64,000 nucleotides of DNA from Flavobacteriaceae bacterium (GTDB lineage: Bacteria; Bacteroidota; Bacteroidia; Flavobacteriales; Flavobacteriaceae). The notes below the pieces were generated by a model. The model was not told the origin of the DNA. It did not search any database and saw only the letters and a program-made list of their open reading frames with translations. Below, one piece after another: positions 17,893-29,334 of this stretch; the first letter of the stretch is position 1; each line of letters begins with the position of its first letter. The stretch is taken from assembly GCA_021647835.1 (NCBI GenBank), contig JAKITY010000001.1, positions 8,718-72,717 of the forward strand. Reading direction: 5' to 3'. The position numbers and the translations under genes were made by a program.

Positions 17893-19803
17893 CTAAGCAT
17901 TTATTTTATCATCCAATGCTGACCAACGCTCCATAACTTCGTCTAACAATTCTTTTTTTGCTTCATAATTCTTAAAAAAAGTAGCGTCTTGACTTACTTT
18001 TTCAAAATCTTCAGAAATTAAAGCATCTAAATTGATAATTTCTTTTTCTAAATCTGAAATTTGAGATTCTAAATTGGATAATTTATTTTGTGCTTTTTTT
18101 CGCTCTTTTTCTTGCAGTCTTTCCTCTTTAGAATTTGCTGGAGCAACCTTTTTTTCTTCCACAATTTTTGTGCGCTTTTCTGCTTCACGCAGATTTTCCA
18201 TTTTATGTTGCGCTAAAAAATAATCAATATCTCCTAAATATTCTTTGATTACTTTGTCTTTAAAACCATAAACAGTTGAAGTCAATCCTTGTAAGAAATC
18301 TCTATCGTGCGATACTACAATCATTGTTCCTTTAAAATCTTTTAAAGCTCTTTTCAACACGTTTTTAGAGGCAATATCCAAGTGATTTGTTGGCTCATCC
18401 ATAATCAACGTGTTGATTGGTTGCAATAATAATTTACACAATGCCAATCGGTTTCGTTCGCCTCCAGAAAGTACTTTTGCTTTTTTGTCAACATCGTCTC
18501 CGCCAAATAAAAACGAACCTAACATATCTCTAACTCGCACTCTATTTGAGTCCGTTGCTGCATCTTCCATAATTTGCAACACTGTTTTTTCGCCGTCCAA
18601 ATACTCTGACTGATTTTGAGCAAAATATCCTATTTGTACATTGTGTCCTAATTTTAATTTTCCTTCAAACGGAATTTCTCCAACCATCATTTTTGCCAAG
18701 GTAGATTTTCCTTGTCCGTTTTGACCTACAAAAGCAATTTTACTACCTCTTTCAATCAATAAATTTACGTTTTCGAGCACTTGATTGTCTCCATAATTTT
18801 TTGATAAATCTTCGGCTTCTACAATGATTTTTCCTGGCTGAATAGATAACGGGAAACGCACATTCATTACGGCAGTATCTTCTAAATCTACTTCTATGCG
18901 GGTTACCTTATCTAGTTTTTTAATAAGCGATTGCGCCATTGATGCCTTATTGGCTTTGGCTCTAAATTTATTAATTAATAGTTCGGTTGCTTTTATTTCT
19001 TTTTCTTGATTTTTTTGTGCTTGTAGTTGTTTTTCACGTATTTCTCCACGCAATGCAAGATATTGTGAGTATGGTTTCTTAAAATCATATATTTGACCTA
19101 AAGAAATTTCAATCGTTCGATTGGTTACATTATCTAAAAACATTTTATCGTGCGAAACCAACATTACGGCACCTGCATAATTTTTCAAAAAACTTTCTAA
19201 CCAAATAATAGATTCAATATCTAAGTGATTTGTAGGTTCATCGAGTAATAAAATATCGTTGTTTTGTAAAAGTAGTTTCGCCAATTCTATACGCATTCTC
19301 CATCCACCAGAAAAAGTGTCGGTCAACTTATCAAAGTCTTCTCTTTTAAAACCTAATCCTTGTAATATTTTCTCGGTATCTCCTTGATAATTATATCCTC
19401 CTAAAAGTTCATATCGCTGTGTTAAATCGGTCAATTCGTGAATTAAATCGGTATAATAATCACTTTCGTAGTCTGTTCTTTCGGCTAATTCTTTATTTAC
19501 GGTTTCAAGTTTTCGTTCAATTTCTTTAATTTCAACAAATGCTTCATAAGCCTCTTCGAGAATAGTTCTTCCGTAAACAAAATCAATATCTTGACGTAAA
19601 AAACCTATTTTTATATCTTTTTCAAACGCCATTGTTCCGCCATCATATTCAATATCACTCGAAATAACTTTGAGTAAGGTTGATTTTCCTGCGCCGTTTT
19701 TACCTACAAGACCAACATTGTCGCCTCCGTTGAGTTTAAAAGTAATTCCAGCGAATAAGTCTTCTCCAGCAAATGAAACGGTTAAATTGTGAATGTTTAG
19801 CAT
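17893..19803 (-). CDS. ABC-F family ATP-binding protein
   Basis: Two ABC domains (GKNGAGKST/FSGGW/DEPTNHLD and GQNGQGKST/LSGGE), no TM segments. Start moved to ATG 19803 because the track start lies within the TACTTTTG promoter at 19840-19847. Confidence 0.95.
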   Translation of the reverse strand: MLNIHNLTVSFAGEDLFAGITFKLNGGDNVGLVGKNGAGKSTLLKVISSDIEYDGGTMAFEKDIKIGFLRQDIDFVYGRTILEEAYEAFVEIKEIERKLETVNKELAERTDYESDYYTDLIHELTDLTQRYELLGGYNYQGDTEKILQGLGFKREDFDKLTDTFSGGWRMRIELAKLLLQNNDILLLDEPTNHLDIESIIWLESFLKNYAGAVMLVSHDKMFLDNVTNRTIEISLGQIYDFKKPYSQYLALRGEIREKQLQAQKNQEKEIKATELLINKFRAKANKASMAQSLIKKLDKVTRIEVDLEDTAVMNVRFPLSIQPGKIIVEAEDLSKNYGDNQVLENVNLLIERGSKIAFVGQNGQGKSTLAKMMVGEIPFEGKLKLGHNVQIGYFAQNQSEYLDGEKTVLQIMEDAATDSNRVRVRDMLGSFLFGGDDVDKKAKVLSGGERNRLALCKLLLQPINTLIMDEPTNHLDIASKNVLKRALKDFKGTMIVVSHDRDFLQGLTSTVYGFKDKVIKEYLGDIDYFLAQHKMENLREAEKRTKIVEEKKVAPANSKEERLQEKERKKAQNKLSNLESQISDLEKEIINLDALISEDFEKVSQDATFFKNYEAKKELLDEVMERWSALDDKINA

Positions 19804-19873
19804 AGTGTAAGTGAAATGGTTTTGAAAAAAAATACGGTGCAAAAGTACTCTTTTTTTGTGTCTTCTTTACGTT

Positions 19874-20914
19874 TTAAAAAAACCTTGAAATATCAATTTC
19901 TTTTCTCAATGTTACTCCGTTTTCAATACGATTGTAAAGTTCTTTTGCAACGGTTGGCGCAATCATAACGCCACGAGTTCCCAAACCGTTTAAAATTGCT
20001 ACTTGCGAATATTTCTGATGTATTCCAACTAAAGGTCTTCTGTCTTTTACCGTTGGTCTGATTCCTGCCACGTGATCTACAACTTCAAATGTCACATTTA
20101 AAATCTTATCCAATTTATTTGTCAATTCTTGTTTTCCTGCGGATGTTGGTATACTCGTCTTATCTTTCCAATTAAATGTTGCTCCGACTTTAAACAAATC
20201 ATTACCTAAAGGCATTATAAAAACGGCTGATTTTAACACAAAATCTATCTCTAATTCTGGCGCGTGTATTGTAATTAACTCACCTTTTGCTTCTTGCATT
20301 GGCAACTCATTAAAAAACGGATTGTTTTTTATTCCAAATCCTTCACAAAAAACAATATGCTTTGCTTTTATATTTTGATAAGTCACGCTGTTTTCTTTAA
20401 ATTGAATAGCATCATAATTAAAACTCTCGTAACGAATTTCATTGTTAATTTCTAAAAACATTCGATAATCACTCAGTAATTTCTTTGTATCAATCCTTCC
20501 TGTTTTGGTTACTTTTCCGTAGCCAAAAGCAGCGTCAATTCCATTAAATTTTTCTGTAACAACTTTTGGAATCATATAATCAGAAAGTAATGGATTATCA
20601 CAAGTTACAAACCAATTATTTTGCTCTTCTATGGATGTGAATAGGCGATGAATATCAATCTTATAATCGTATTTGTTTCCTAATAATTTTTCCAATTCAG
20701 TATAAAAAGGAAGCGCTATTTTTAATTGTCGTTCAGCATCCCAAACTGGAGTGAAACGTTTTAAAATGATTGGATTGTACATTCCTCCTGCAACTTTTGA
20801 AGAGTTTTGAGAGCTATCTTCAAAAACAATAAAGGATTTGTTATTCTTTTTGAGTTCTCGTGTAAAAGCAAGTCCTGCAAGACCTAAACCAACTGTTATG
20901 TAATCAACATCCAT
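19874..20914 (-). CDS. FAD-dependent oxidoreductase (DAO family)
   Basis: VGLGLAG, SSKVAGG, AGIRP and NGLGTRG motifs. Confidence 0.88.
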   Translation of the reverse strand: MDVDYITVGLGLAGLAFTRELKKNNKSFIVFEDSSQNSSKVAGGMYNPIILKRFTPVWDAERQLKIALPFYTELEKLLGNKYDYKIDIHRLFTSIEEQNNWFVTCDNPLLSDYMIPKVVTEKFNGIDAAFGYGKVTKTGRIDTKKLLSDYRMFLEINNEIRYESFNYDAIQFKENSVTYQNIKAKHIVFCEGFGIKNNPFFNELPMQEAKGELITIHAPELEIDFVLKSAVFIMPLGNDLFKVGATFNWKDKTSIPTSAGKQELTNKLDKILNVTFEVVDHVAGIRPTVKDRRPLVGIHQKYSQVAILNGLGTRGVMIAPTVAKELYNRIENGVTLRKEIDISRFF

Positions 20915-20949
20915 TAGACAAAAATAAGCGTTTTCATTATTTATTGCAT

Positions 20950-20981
20950 AAAAAAACGCCCGTAAAATTTACGAGCGTTTT
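20950..20981 (-). terminator. Terminator of gldKLMN
   Basis: A7-CGCCCGTAAA / TTTACGAGCG-T4. Confidence 0.8.
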
Positions 20982-21008
20982 CTATTACTTTATTTTCTAT
21001 ATGAAGAT

Positions 21009-21917
21009 TTAGTAATTCCACATATCTAGTTCTTTATCTCGAATTGATTCTCTAATTCTATCCGATTCTAATACTTGGAACAACGCATTACCTTTTACAT
21101 ATTGAGCAACATCACGGTTACCGTAAATATTCTCTTCTCTATATATAATTGCATTATATCTTCGAGCATTTAACATGTGATCATAAGAAATAGGATATGC
21201 AGCATTCTTTTCATTAAATACTTTCATATTGTGCAATAACTCACGCGCTCCGGGATACCAAACCCAAAAGATTGGTAACTTTTCAGCAACATCTTCCAAC
21301 TCTTGTCTTCCTTTTGTTTGCACATCTGGAGCAATTGGTGCGATTGCTAAAATACGAGCTTTCATTTCGCCTTGACGCTTATCAAAATACCACATACTTT
21401 TTACTTTAAACCCTTCAATATCATGAGGTTTTAATTCAGTACGTGTAATATATTCTTCAATATCAGTATTTCCTGCATTTAATTCATCTTTACCAGCATC
21501 TGTGGTATCAACTCTAAAAAGTTTTGCTTCAATCTCTCTTTTTGACAACTTAGTTGTAAAATAAGAGTCATCATAAACCTCTGTTAATTGATCATCTTTA
21601 ACTCCTTGTAATAAGGTAGCAAACAATGATTTTCTATTAGAAGATGTACTGTTTTCATGGATTGGATAATAATATGGTAGATTTAATCTTTCGTTCAAAT
21701 CGATATATTCCCATACCACTTTTGCCCAAAGTATATCTCTATCATCAACATAGCCATAAGGCAATGGTTTATCATTATCTGCAAGTAATTGCTCTGCCGT
21801 TTTCACTCCAATATCAGAAGGAGTTTTTGCGTTTAACAAATTTGCTTGCGCGCTAACTGATGCAGTTATTAAAACCGCTCCAAATAGCATTACAAAACTT
21901 TTCCAATTCATCTTCAT
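21009..21917 (-). CDS. gldN: Gliding motility / T9SS protein GldN
   Basis: NLLNAK, PLPYGYVDDRDILW and WYFDKRQGE motifs; last gene of gldKLMN. Confidence 0.95.
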   Translation of the reverse strand: MKMNWKSFVMLFGAVLITASVSAQANLLNAKTPSDIGVKTAEQLLADNDKPLPYGYVDDRDILWAKVVWEYIDLNERLNLPYYYPIHENSTSSNRKSLFATLLQGVKDDQLTEVYDDSYFTTKLSKREIEAKLFRVDTTDAGKDELNAGNTDIEEYITRTELKPHDIEGFKVKSMWYFDKRQGEMKARILAIAPIAPDVQTKGRQELEDVAEKLPIFWVWYPGARELLHNMKVFNEKNAAYPISYDHMLNARRYNAIIYREENIYGNRDVAQYVKGNALFQVLESDRIRESIRDKELDMWNY

Positions 21918-21933
21918 TTTATGATTCTTTTAA

Positions 21934-23481
21934 TTATTGTATTTCGACACTTACTGCCGATGCATCTTTTACATTTACGCCAGATACACCTACTAAACTC
22001 GATTTTACGTCAAATATTGCAATAATATCTCCAACTCTCGATCCGTTTATGGCACTTTGTGCTTGTCCATTCATTTTACTACCACTAACTGTAATAGTTG
22101 CTTTTCCTGGAACTTTCACTTTAAAACTCTTAATTTTAAATTTCAAGTCAAACAAAAAGTCTGGTAACTCAACACGTACAGTCGTTTTAACTAAACTCGA
22201 TTTAGGCATTTTTACATAACCTGATTCTTTACGAACTGTTGCTAATGGCTTAGGAATGTCTTTAATTCTAAATGTTTGCGAACTACTTACTTTCGAACCA
22301 TCTGGTAAAGTCCCTGAAGCTGTTATTTTAACTGTTTTGCCTCCTCCTGGAGTCATCATATATTTACCAACTCCTGAAATTTTTCTCAAAGTATTTCCTG
22401 GAGCAGATGCTCTTACTAAGTTGTCTGGTATTCCTGGAATAGAAACCGTCATTGGGTTTGGTAAACTACGATATACCACATTCATTTTATCTGCTGCAAT
22501 TACCGCACTGTTAGGTTTTGGCACTACTGCATAAGTAGTTTCGATAGGAATTTCAACATCTTCTCCGTTTTCTTTAAAGACAAATTTTCCTTTAATAGTT
22601 CTTTCTCCAACTGCTCCTACAGGAAACTCTAATACTACTTGTCCTGCTTGTAGGTTTTTCTTTGCTATTTCTTTACCATTAATTTCAACACGAGTTGGTA
22701 TTAAAGTAGCATCTACTTTTCCTAAATAAACTTTTCCTTTAAAAGTTTCTCCTGCAAAAAATGCAGTTTTTTCAGGAACTACAATTGCTTCGTACTTTTT
22801 AATTGAGTTGTCTTGAATTAGTTGTCCTTGTAACATTGCTGATAAAATATCTGATTCAGTCGATTTAATATCTGCTTGCATTGCCGTTAACTTTGTAACG
22901 GATGCTACTGCTGGAAATCCAACAAAATTATACGAAATCCAATCCTTAGTAACACCTGCTCTATCAACAACATCAGATATATCAAAACGTTGATTTATCG
23001 ATTTTACTACTGATGGATACAGCGTGTCTAATTCCTTTATTACATCGCTTTTGTATCCGTTTATTTTATCTAAAAATGCTTGACCGTTTTCAGAAATAGT
23101 ACCTTTTAAGTAAAAGTATTCATTTAAGAAATCAGCCTTATCCATTGTTTCATAATTAGTTGGATCTTCAAAATCTTCTAGCACTTTACTTTTAATAGTC
23201 GCTATGTGATTATATAAGTCTGTAGATAATGCTTTTACTTTTGTAGCCTTTTCGTTTAAAGGTCTATATTTTTCAGCCTGTTCACTTACTTTTTCTGCAA
23301 GCCCTGCATACGCATCATTATTCAATTGCGTTGCGGTAATATTTGAAGCTTCAAATTTATCGTTCATAAAGCCAAAAGCTGTTAACACTTCCTTAGACAT
23401 ATTCATTGCAAGCATTGCAATAAATACTAAGTACATTAAGTTAATCATCTTCTGCCTTGGTGATAGTTTTCCTCCTGCCAT
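21934..23481 (-). CDS. gldM: Gliding motility / T9SS motor protein GldM
   Basis: MAGGKLSPRQKMINLMYLVFIAMLAMN and ADKMNVVYR. Confidence 0.98.
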   Translation of the reverse strand: MAGGKLSPRQKMINLMYLVFIAMLAMNMSKEVLTAFGFMNDKFEASNITATQLNNDAYAGLAEKVSEQAEKYRPLNEKATKVKALSTDLYNHIATIKSKVLEDFEDPTNYETMDKADFLNEYFYLKGTISENGQAFLDKINGYKSDVIKELDTLYPSVVKSINQRFDISDVVDRAGVTKDWISYNFVGFPAVASVTKLTAMQADIKSTESDILSAMLQGQLIQDNSIKKYEAIVVPEKTAFFAGETFKGKVYLGKVDATLIPTRVEINGKEIAKKNLQAGQVVLEFPVGAVGERTIKGKFVFKENGEDVEIPIETTYAVVPKPNSAVIAADKMNVVYRSLPNPMTVSIPGIPDNLVRASAPGNTLRKISGVGKYMMTPGGGKTVKITASGTLPDGSKVSSSQTFRIKDIPKPLATVRKESGYVKMPKSSLVKTTVRVELPDFLFDLKFKIKSFKVKVPGKATITVSGSKMNGQAQSAINGSRVGDIIAIFDVKSSLVGVSGVNVKDASAVSVEIQ

Positions 23482-23524
23482 AATTAATTAGTTTTAAATG
23501 GTTAATAATTTATTTTAATACTAA

Positions 23525-24154
23525 TTAATTTTTGTTCATTGCAGATAACATTCCTCCATAAACACCATTTAATGATGATAGGTTAGAAGCCAATGATTGC
23601 ATTTGCTCTTTCAATTTACCTGCATTTTCAACAGTTTCAGCGTTTATTTCTGTTTGTCTAGAGGCGCTTTCTAATTGCACTTGATATAAACTATTTAAAG
23701 ATTCCATTTGCGCTGCTGCTAAGGATAGTTGTTCGCTATACTTATTAGTTGCTGCAATTGAATCTACTGCTGGAGCAATATTTTCTGCGGCTCCACTAAA
23801 GTTTTGGATACTCGCCCCTAGACTTTGCATTAATCCAACGTCTAGTTTTGCTTCTTTAAGCATGTCATCCAATTTTTGCGAAAGCAATCCTTGTACATCT
23901 CCTTTTTCTTCGAGTTGACCTACAGATTTTCCTCCAGCTAATTCTGGATATACTTTAGACCAATCTAAATCATCTTCTACGGGTTCAAACGCCGAAATAA
24001 AGAAAACTATTGCTTCTACAATCATACCAATCATAAGCATTTCATTACCATAAGGCCAGTGTAGAATTTTAAATAGTGCTCCAAGAATTACAATTGACGC
24101 ACCAATACCGTATGCTGCATTAAATAGTTTTTTTGTAGTTTTTGATTGTGCCAT
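23525..24154 (-). CDS. gldL: Gliding motility / T9SS motor protein GldL
   Basis: YGIGASIVILGALFKILHW, EAIVFFISAFEP and LNGVYGGMLSAM. Confidence 0.98.
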   Translation of the reverse strand: MAQSKTTKKLFNAAYGIGASIVILGALFKILHWPYGNEMLMIGMIVEAIVFFISAFEPVEDDLDWSKVYPELAGGKSVGQLEEKGDVQGLLSQKLDDMLKEAKLDVGLMQSLGASIQNFSGAAENIAPAVDSIAATNKYSEQLSLAAAQMESLNSLYQVQLESASRQTEINAETVENAGKLKEQMQSLASNLSSLNGVYGGMLSAMNKN

Positions 24155-24202
24155 AATTTTTTTTGTTTTTAAATGGTTAATTTTAGAGTTAATTATTTAT
24201 TA

Positions 24203-25540
24203 TTAAGGGTTCAGGTCTGTACCTAAATAATCCTGTGCAGTTCTGAAGCCAATATAACTTCTTGCTGAATCTGCATATTCATAATCTCTGGTACTTACTT
24301 CTAAAAAGTATGCTACGTCTTTCCATGAGCCACCTCTTATTACTTTTCTATGATTTTTATCATCTTCTACATTAGGATTCATTGTTGACCCTAAGTAATA
24401 TGATGCTTCATTGTATGCTGTATCTGTCCATTCTGAAACATTACCAGCCATATTATACAAACCGTAATCGTTTGCATTATATGATTTTGCTTCAACAGTA
24501 TATAATGCTCCGTCAACTGCATAATCACCTCTTCTTGGTTTAAAGTTTGCTAAGAAACAACCTCTATCACTTGTAGTGTATGAGCCTCCCCAAGGATATG
24601 TAGAGAATTCTAATCCACCACGAGCAGCATATTCCCATTCAGTTTCTGTCGCTAATCTGAAGTGTGGTACAGTTGCTAAACGCTTCTTTGTATTCAAGTA
24701 GTCATTTTTCTTCTTGGTTCTCCAACTACAAAATGCTTTTGCTTGTGCCCAAGTCACACCAACTACTGGATAATCTTCATAAGCTTGGTGACTAAAATAA
24801 TCTTGGTGCATTGGATCATTATAAGAATAGTCAAAATCTTTTACCCAAACCGTTGTATCAGGATACACTTCAACAACTTTATGTTTGATATAATCTTTTC
24901 TATTTCCTTGATTTCTTGCTGCTGCTTCTTTATCAAGATACGAATATTTATATTTTAATTTTTCAGTCTTTAACATTCTCTTACCGTCAAAACTTTCTTC
25001 TATTGGTATGTACATTGAATCTACCATTACTTCTGTATAGTATTCATCTGGAAATTCTGAGGTATCCCAAATCAATTCTTCATCCCAATTTAATCTTCTT
25101 TCATCTGGCATTTTATCAGCCATATACTTTTCATACGGAGTCGCATCAGCAGTATCTGCTGCTTTAAACTGATACGCTGCAAGTGGTGATGCTGGATCTT
25201 CTGGATCTGAATATAAATCTGCCATTAGAGCTAATTCTGTTCTTACAATAGAATCTCTTACCCAAAAGACAAATTCTTTGTATTCTGCATTGGTGATTTC
25301 AGTTTCATCCATATAAAATGGTCTTACTGTAACAGTTCTTGTTGGTGCATTTAATGCTCCTGAAATATCTTCATCTTGTTTACCCATAGTAAATGATCCT
25401 CCAGGAACTAATGTCATTCCAAATGGTTTTTCAGCATTCCATGTGCTTTTTGATTTTATTCCAACCAATTCTCCTTTGTCATTCTTACCACAACTATAAA
25501 CTATAGTAATTAACAGTATGTATAATGATATTTTTTTCAT
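24203..25540 (-). CDS. gldK: Gliding motility lipoprotein GldK
   Basis: Lipobox YSC, GELVG and FGE-sulfatase-like motifs EWEYAARGG and MAGNVSEW. Confidence 0.97.
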   Translation of the reverse strand: MKKISLYILLITIVYSCGKNDKGELVGIKSKSTWNAEKPFGMTLVPGGSFTMGKQDEDISGALNAPTRTVTVRPFYMDETEITNAEYKEFVFWVRDSIVRTELALMADLYSDPEDPASPLAAYQFKAADTADATPYEKYMADKMPDERRLNWDEELIWDTSEFPDEYYTEVMVDSMYIPIEESFDGKRMLKTEKLKYKYSYLDKEAAARNQGNRKDYIKHKVVEVYPDTTVWVKDFDYSYNDPMHQDYFSHQAYEDYPVVGVTWAQAKAFCSWRTKKKNDYLNTKKRLATVPHFRLATETEWEYAARGGLEFSTYPWGGSYTTSDRGCFLANFKPRRGDYAVDGALYTVEAKSYNANDYGLYNMAGNVSEWTDTAYNEASYYLGSTMNPNVEDDKNHRKVIRGGSWKDVAYFLEVSTRDYEYADSARSYIGFRTAQDYLGTDLNP

Positions 25541-25632
25541 AATAAAATGTATCTCTTTCTAAATTCGCGTAAACGTAAATATTATTTTCTTAATAACAAT
25601 TTAATTTGTTTTTATTTTTTAAAAAAACCTTT

Positions 25633-26790
25633 TTAAAGGATTTTTTTTAATGTTTTGTACCATCTATCAGGAATTTCCTGTTCGTTTGTATTCAAATAAT
25701 CTTGGTACGTACATGGTATTAACGAATGTCTTTCGTATTTATTATTATTAAAGTTAATTTCCATCCACCATCTTCCACTTTTATGACTCTTATAAAAGTT
25801 TAAAACTTCATCTTCCATTGGTACTATAAACTTCTGATATTTCTCTTTCGTTCCAAACGGATAATCATTGGTTCTACAATTTACTCCTTCTATAAAATAC
25901 CAAATAGCTTGCGCTATTAACTGTGAAGTTTGTGTTTTATTGTCTAACTTATAATTAAATTCATAAATCCCAAAAGAACTTACTTTATCACTTATACCTG
26001 CATAGCGTGAAATAGCACAAATATCTTCTCCATAAAAACCGTTTGGTGTTGCATTATTATTTGCAGGAGCCTCGCTATTTCGTATTGCACTTATATCAAT
26101 AGACACAATATCTGCATCACGAAGAATTGGCTCTACTATTTCTATCTTATTCACGACTTCTCCTAATCTATAGGCGTCAAAAAACAAATCATTAATTAAA
26201 TCTATTTCTTCTTGCGGATTGAAAAAAGTTTGGTAACCAATATTACTAAAATTGAATAAATTATTTGGTTTTTCCATCACAATAGAACTTAAATACGATT
26301 GTGATGTTACGCCATCTTGAATGCTTCCAAAGTCAAATTTATTATCTATAGATACAACATTCACCATTTGCTCTAAACTATCATACGCACGATAATTTGC
26401 ATACGTCAAGTCTTGACTTCCTCCAATAATTATAGGAATAATGTTTTGTTTTAATAAACTTGAAAGTAATTCTGAAACTGCAAAATAAGTGTCTTCTACA
26501 GTATTTCCTTGTGGAATATTGCCTAAATCGACCATTTTGGCAATCCAACTTCCAGGGAAAAGTTGATATATTTGTTTTCTGATTTCGCCTAACCCTTGAC
26601 CTGTTTCTTCATTATCCACAGCTCTACGACCTTCTTCAACACCGACAATAGCAAGACGTATGCCTTCTAAGTCAGGAATACCATTCTGTTCTGAATGGAT
26701 GTCGATATGATGACCAAGCGTTTGATCTGACTGCAACATTAAATGTGCGAGTACAGCATCTTCAACTGGACGTAAATAATCAAAACTCAT
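25633..26790 (-). CDS. Arginase/formimidoylglutamase family protein
   Basis: DLGNI, IIIGGSQDLT, NIGYQ and PNGFYGE motifs; start set at ATG 26790 (MSFDYL). Confidence 0.85.
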   Translation of the reverse strand: MSFDYLRPVEDAVLAHLMLQSDQTLGHHIDIHSEQNGIPDLEGIRLAIVGVEEGRRAVDNEETGQGLGEIRKQIYQLFPGSWIAKMVDLGNIPQGNTVEDTYFAVSELLSSLLKQNIIPIIIGGSQDLTYANYRAYDSLEQMVNVVSIDNKFDFGSIQDGVTSQSYLSSIVMEKPNNLFNFSNIGYQTFFNPQEEIDLINDLFFDAYRLGEVVNKIEIVEPILRDADIVSIDISAIRNSEAPANNNATPNGFYGEDICAISRYAGISDKVSSFGIYEFNYKLDNKTQTSQLIAQAIWYFIEGVNCRTNDYPFGTKEKYQKFIVPMEDEVLNFYKSHKSGRWWMEINFNNNKYERHSLIPCTYQDYLNTNEQEIPDRWYKTLKKIL

Positions 26791-26838
26791 ATTGATTTGA
26801 GTCGTTTTGGGGTTAAACAATATGGCGAATGTAATAAA

Positions 26839-29334
26839 TTATTTCTTTTTCGCTACTTTTTTCTTTGTTGTTTTCTTTTTTACTTTCTTTTTAGGTGCCT
26901 TTTTCTCAATGATAGCTTGCACTTCTTCAAGTGTTAATTTATCGGCTTTTGTTGTTTTTGGCATCTCAATTTTTATCTTTCCTTTGATAATGTTAAAACG
27001 TCCCCAACGAGCCTTCTCTACTCGTATTCCTTCTTCTTCCCAATTATGAATTACCTTATCAATCTCTTTCTGTTTCTTGGCTTCAATCAATTCAACAATA
27101 TTATCAAAAGTTAAATTATCAAAATCATACTTCTTATTTACATTGATAAACATGCTATTCCATTTGATAAATGGTCCAAAACGACCAACTCCTTTTTGAA
27201 CAGGAAGATCTTCATATTCAGCAATTGGAGCATCTGCCTTTCTTTTTGCTGCAATCAATTCAATTGCTCTGTCTAAATCAACTGTCATAGGATTTTCTCC
27301 TTTCGGCAACGACACAAACATACTTCCAAATCGTACATAAGGTCCAAAACGACCATTTGAAACAATTACTTCTTCACTTTCGTAATTACCAAGGCTCTTT
27401 GGCAATAAAAATAAATCTAAAGCACCTTCTAGATTGATATTCCCTAAAGTTTGACCTCCTTGTAAACTTGCAAATTTCTTATCTTCATCTTCTCTGTCTC
27501 CTATTTGAACCATTGGCCCGAACTTCCCTAAACGCACCAAAACTGTTTTTCCTGATTCTGGATGCTTTCCTAAAATACGTTCTCCTGATTCACGTTCGGC
27601 ATGTTCTTTTACATATTCTACTGTTGAATGAAAATCATCATAAAAATCTTTTATCATTTTTATCCAATCTTCTTTTCCTTCAGCAATATCATCAAAATCT
27701 GATTCTACTTTGGCCGTAAATCCGTAGTCAAGAATATTGGCAAAATTGGCAACTAAAAAGTCATTTACAATGTTTCCAATATCTGTTGGAACTAACTTTC
27801 CTTTGTCTGAACCAACTTTTTCTGTCAAATCTTTAGATTTAACATTTCCATCTTCTAATTTCAACTGAATATACGCTCTTTCAACACCTTCAACTACTCC
27901 TTTTTCAACATATCCTCTTCGTTGTACAGTAGAAATTGTTGGTGCATACGTTGACGGGCGACCAATACCAAGTTCTTCTAATTGTTTTACCAATGATGCT
28001 TCTGTAAAACGACCTTTTGGTCTTGTGTAACGTTCTGTCGCAGTAATGTAGTTATCGTTCAATAATTCTCCTATTGCCATTTGCGGTAACATTCCATCTT
28101 GCTCTTCATCTTCATTATCGTTTCCTTCAAGATATACTTTTAGGAATCCATCAAACTTTATTACTTCACCATTTGCAGTAAAAATCTTATCGTTTTTAGC
28201 GTTTTCAATTTTTACACTTGTACGTTCCAATTGCGCTTCACTCATTTGAGATGCAATGGTACGTTTCCAGATCAAACTATACAACCTATCTTGATCATAA
28301 TCAATCGAAACCGAATGACGATCCATATTTGTAGGTCTAATTGCCTCGTGTGCTTCTTGTGCTCCTTTAACTTTCGTTTTAAAATTTCTTGGGTTGCTAT
28401 ATTGCTCGCCATACGAAGATATAATCTCTGCTTGTGCGGCATCTTTTGCATCATTTGATAAATTCACACTATCAGTTCTCATATACGTTATCAACCCTGT
28501 TTCATATAAACGCTGCGCCATCATCATCGTTTTCGCTACAGGAAAATATAATTTTCTTGACGCCTCTTGTTGTAATGTTGATGTCGTAAATGGTGCTGCT
28601 GGATGTTTTTTTGCAGGTGTTTTCTTTAAGTCTGATACTGAAAAGTTAGTTCCAAGACATGAGTTTAAAAAATCTTCTGCTTCTTTTTTTGCATCAAAAT
28701 TCTTTGGCAATTTTGCCTTAAATTTCTTTCCGTTTTTATTAGCAAATTCTGCATCTACTCTATAAGATGCCTTAGGTTCGAAACCTAAAATTTCGCGTTC
28801 ACGCTCTACAATCAATCGTACTGCAACAGATTGCACACGCCCTGCAGATAATCCTCCTTTTACTTTACGCCACAAAACTGGTGATAATTCATAACCAACC
28901 AATCTATCTAACACTCTTCTTGCTTGTTGTGCGTTTACTAAATTGTAATTTATCTCTCTCGGATTTTCTACAGCATTTAAAATTGCTTTCTTTGTTATCT
29001 CATGAAAAACAATACGTTTTGTATTCTCTTCTTTTAGTTTTAGTTGCTCTACCAAATGCCATGCAATTGCTTCTCCTTCTCTATCTTCATCACTTGCTAA
29101 CCAAACTGTTTCTGCTTTTTTCGCCAAACTTTTTAATTTTGAAACAACCGCTTTTTTATCGGTTGATACAATATAGTTTGGCATAAAATCACCATCTACA
29201 TTTATTCCTAATTCCTTAGAAGGTAAATCTGCAATGTGCCCAAAACTTGATTCTACTTGAAAGTCTTTTCCAAGGAATTTCTCTATTGTTTTTGCTTTTG
29301 CAGGGGACTCAACTATTACTAAATTCTTTGCCAT
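26839..29334 (-). CDS. topA: DNA topoisomerase I
   Basis: LVIVESPAKAKTI, DEDREGE, SAGRVQS, ITYMRTDS and GRFGP C-terminal repeats. Start ATG 29334; TACATTTG promoter at 29390-29397(-). Confidence 0.98.
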   Translation of the reverse strand: MAKNLVIVESPAKAKTIEKFLGKDFQVESSFGHIADLPSKELGINVDGDFMPNYIVSTDKKAVVSKLKSLAKKAETVWLASDEDREGEAIAWHLVEQLKLKEENTKRIVFHEITKKAILNAVENPREINYNLVNAQQARRVLDRLVGYELSPVLWRKVKGGLSAGRVQSVAVRLIVEREREILGFEPKASYRVDAEFANKNGKKFKAKLPKNFDAKKEAEDFLNSCLGTNFSVSDLKKTPAKKHPAAPFTTSTLQQEASRKLYFPVAKTMMMAQRLYETGLITYMRTDSVNLSNDAKDAAQAEIISSYGEQYSNPRNFKTKVKGAQEAHEAIRPTNMDRHSVSIDYDQDRLYSLIWKRTIASQMSEAQLERTSVKIENAKNDKIFTANGEVIKFDGFLKVYLEGNDNEDEEQDGMLPQMAIGELLNDNYITATERYTRPKGRFTEASLVKQLEELGIGRPSTYAPTISTVQRRGYVEKGVVEGVERAYIQLKLEDGNVKSKDLTEKVGSDKGKLVPTDIGNIVNDFLVANFANILDYGFTAKVESDFDDIAEGKEDWIKMIKDFYDDFHSTVEYVKEHAERESGERILGKHPESGKTVLVRLGKFGPMVQIGDREDEDKKFASLQGGQTLGNINLEGALDLFLLPKSLGNYESEEVIVSNGRFGPYVRFGSMFVSLPKGENPMTVDLDRAIELIAAKRKADAPIAEYEDLPVQKGVGRFGPFIKWNSMFINVNKKYDFDNLTFDNIVELIEAKKQKEIDKVIHNWEEEGIRVEKARWGRFNIIKGKIKIEMPKTTKADKLTLEEVQAIIEKKAPKKKVKKKTTKKKVAKKK